Source: the human T2T-CHM13v2.0 reference genome, Homo sapiens. Taken from it: a stretch of DNA of 64,000 bases. A model generated the notes under the pieces. That model ran no database searches. It was not told the DNA's origin and saw nothing but the letters and a program-made list of their open reading frames with translations. The stretch is from the NCBI RefSeq assembly GCF_009914755.1, contig NC_060928.1; one strand, given 5' to 3'. Shown one piece after another: positions 62,095 through 64,000 of the stretch. The translations under genes were made by a program, and so were the position numbers. Position 1 is the stretch's first letter. Each line of letters begins with the position of its first letter.

Positions 62095-63472
62095 CCAACT
62101 GAATTATGTCCCCCACCGAATTCATATATGGCTTTGTTCCCTATTGTGATGGTATTTAAAGATGGGAACTTTGGAAGGTAATTAGGATTAGATGAGGTCA
62201 TGAGGATGGGACCCTCTTGATGGGACTAGTGGCTTTATAAGAAGTGAGGGGAGCAGAGAAAGAGAGAAACAAGTAACTTTCTCTGAACAGACAGCCTACA
62301 GAATGGGAGAAAAATTTTGCAATCTATCCATCTGACAAAGATCTAATATCCAGAATCTACAAGGAACTTAAGCAAATTTACAAGAAAAAAAGCCATTAAA
62401 AAGTGGGCAAAGGACATGAACAGGTACTCCTCAAAAGAAGACATTTATGCAGCCAACAAACATATAAAAAAAAGTTCAACATCACTGATCATTAGAGAAA
62501 TGCAAATCAAAACCGCAATGAGATACCATCTCATGACAATCAGAATGGCAATTACTAAAAAGTCAGGAGACAACAGATGCTGGCAAAGCTATAGAGAAAC
62601 AGGAATGCTTTTACACTTGGTGGGAATGTAAATTAGTTCAACCACTGTGGAAGACAGTATGGTGATTCCTCAAAGACCTAGAACCAGAAATACCATTTGA
62701 CCCAGCAATCCCATTACTGGGTATATACCCAAAGGAATAGCAATCATTCTATTACAAAGATACATGTTTGCATATGTTCATTGTAGAACTATTCACAATA
62801 GCAAAGACATGGAATCAACCCAAATGCCCATCAATGATAGACTAGACAAAGAAAATGTGGTACATATACACCATGGAATACTATGCAGCCATAAAGAGGA
62901 ATGAGATCATGCCCCTTGCAGGAACATGGATGGAGTTGGAAGCCATTATCCTCAACAAACTAATGCAGGAACGGAAAACCAAACACCAAATGTTCTCACT
63001 TATAAGTGGGAGCTGAACAATGAGAACAGATGGACATAGGGAAGGGAACAGTACACGCTGGGGCCTGGGGCCTGTTGCAGGGGGCAGAGAGAGGAAGAGC
63101 ATCAGGATAAATAGCTAATGCATGCTGAGCTTAATACCTAGGTGATGGGTTGATAGGTGCAGCAAACTACCACGGCACACATTTACCTATTAAACAAACC
63201 TGCACATCCTTCACATGGATCCTGAAACTTAAAATATGATAAAATTTTTTAAAAGAAATTACTTTCTCTCTACCATGTGAGAAGCAAGAAGGCAGCCATC
63301 TGCAGGCCAGAAAGCGGGCCCTTACCAGAAATCAAATTTTCCAGGACCTTGATAGGACCTTGATGGATAGGACTTGATAGATAGGCTTCCCAGCCTTCAA
63401 AACTGTGAGAAACAAATAATCTGTTTTTAAGTCTATGGCATTTTCTTATAGCATCCCAAGGAGATTTATATG
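62095..63472 (+). mobile_element. MaLR LTR (MLT1A/B-like) split by an L1 insertion (parts ~62095-62284 and ~63256-63472)
   Basis: ctgaattatgtccccc...gatgaggtcatgaggatgggaccctcttgatggga on the left; ccatgtgaga...gaaggcagccatctgcaggccag...cttcccagccttcaaaactgtgaga on the right. Confidence 0.85.
62285..63255 (+). mobile_element. 5'-truncated L1PA (about L1PA8-11), ~1 kb
   Basis: ORF2 C-terminal remnant ([28 protein letters not shown]) and 3' UTR gcatcaggataaatagctaatgcatgctg. TSD core actttctct on both sides. Confidence 0.92.
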
Positions 63473-64000
63473 GTAGATAAATATATAAATATTCTGAAAG
63501 GATGTACAGTAAACTGTTAAGACTCTTTACTTCTGAGGAATGTTAATGAAAATTTTGGAAAGAAGGATAAGATCTTTTTATTTCATTTTATGTCAATCTT
63601 GTATAATGTTTGAAATTTTAATGAAGTGAGTATGTTCATTTTACTTGAAACAGAGAAAATCAAAAGTATTAGTGAGGGGATGATGATTATCTCTTATTTT
63701 TGCTTCCCTTTGTTGGGTAGCTACAATGGGATACTAACAGTTCTGGCACAAAATAGATGCTCAAAAAGTATTTCTCGATCAAACAAAAATATGTTGTTTT
63801 AATGTAGTGACTTGTACCTGTGCAGCATTTCCAGTGATTTGTTTATAGTAGGCCCTGCATGTAATATACGATGTTCCTGTTGGCATTTTGTCATTGCCTT
63901 TCTTAATAACTTCAGACTTACTTTGCAACAGAACACCACAGCAAGAAAAATGAGTTCCAGGGGGCAGAAGAGGGGTTGTTAGCAGGAAAGACAGCCCTGA

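Overview
This window is AT-rich, CpG-depleted primate (human-like) non-coding DNA, either intronic or intergenic. It is dominated by interspersed repeats. There are two near-full-length but decayed L1MA elements facing each other (27.2-34.0 kb on +, 46.7-54.3 kb on -), several 5'-truncated L1s and six Alus. There are also two two-LTR MaLR proviruses (MST-type and THE1-type), many solo MLT/MST LTRs, two Tigger-family DNA transposon relics, MIR/L2 relics, a 7SL retro-fragment and microsatellites. I can support no host protein-coding exon, tRNA, rRNA or CRISPR array; the ORF track is explained by repeat remnants, low complexity or chance. I found no new gene system. The most unusual signals are mutational scars. 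A ~110-bp insertion inside the THE1 provirus is an inverted copy of a locus-specific Tigger4/L1 junction 1.4 kb downstream. Three more short, apparently templated insertions sit in old repeats. THE1-int carries a 3x60-bp tandem expansion. An Alu, an L1 and the THE1 all inserted within ~20 bp of one ancestral site, and one AluY lacks its 3' ~50 nt but keeps its poly(A) and TSD. Subfamily names come from recalled consensus sequences, not a RepeatMasker run, and boundaries are approximate.
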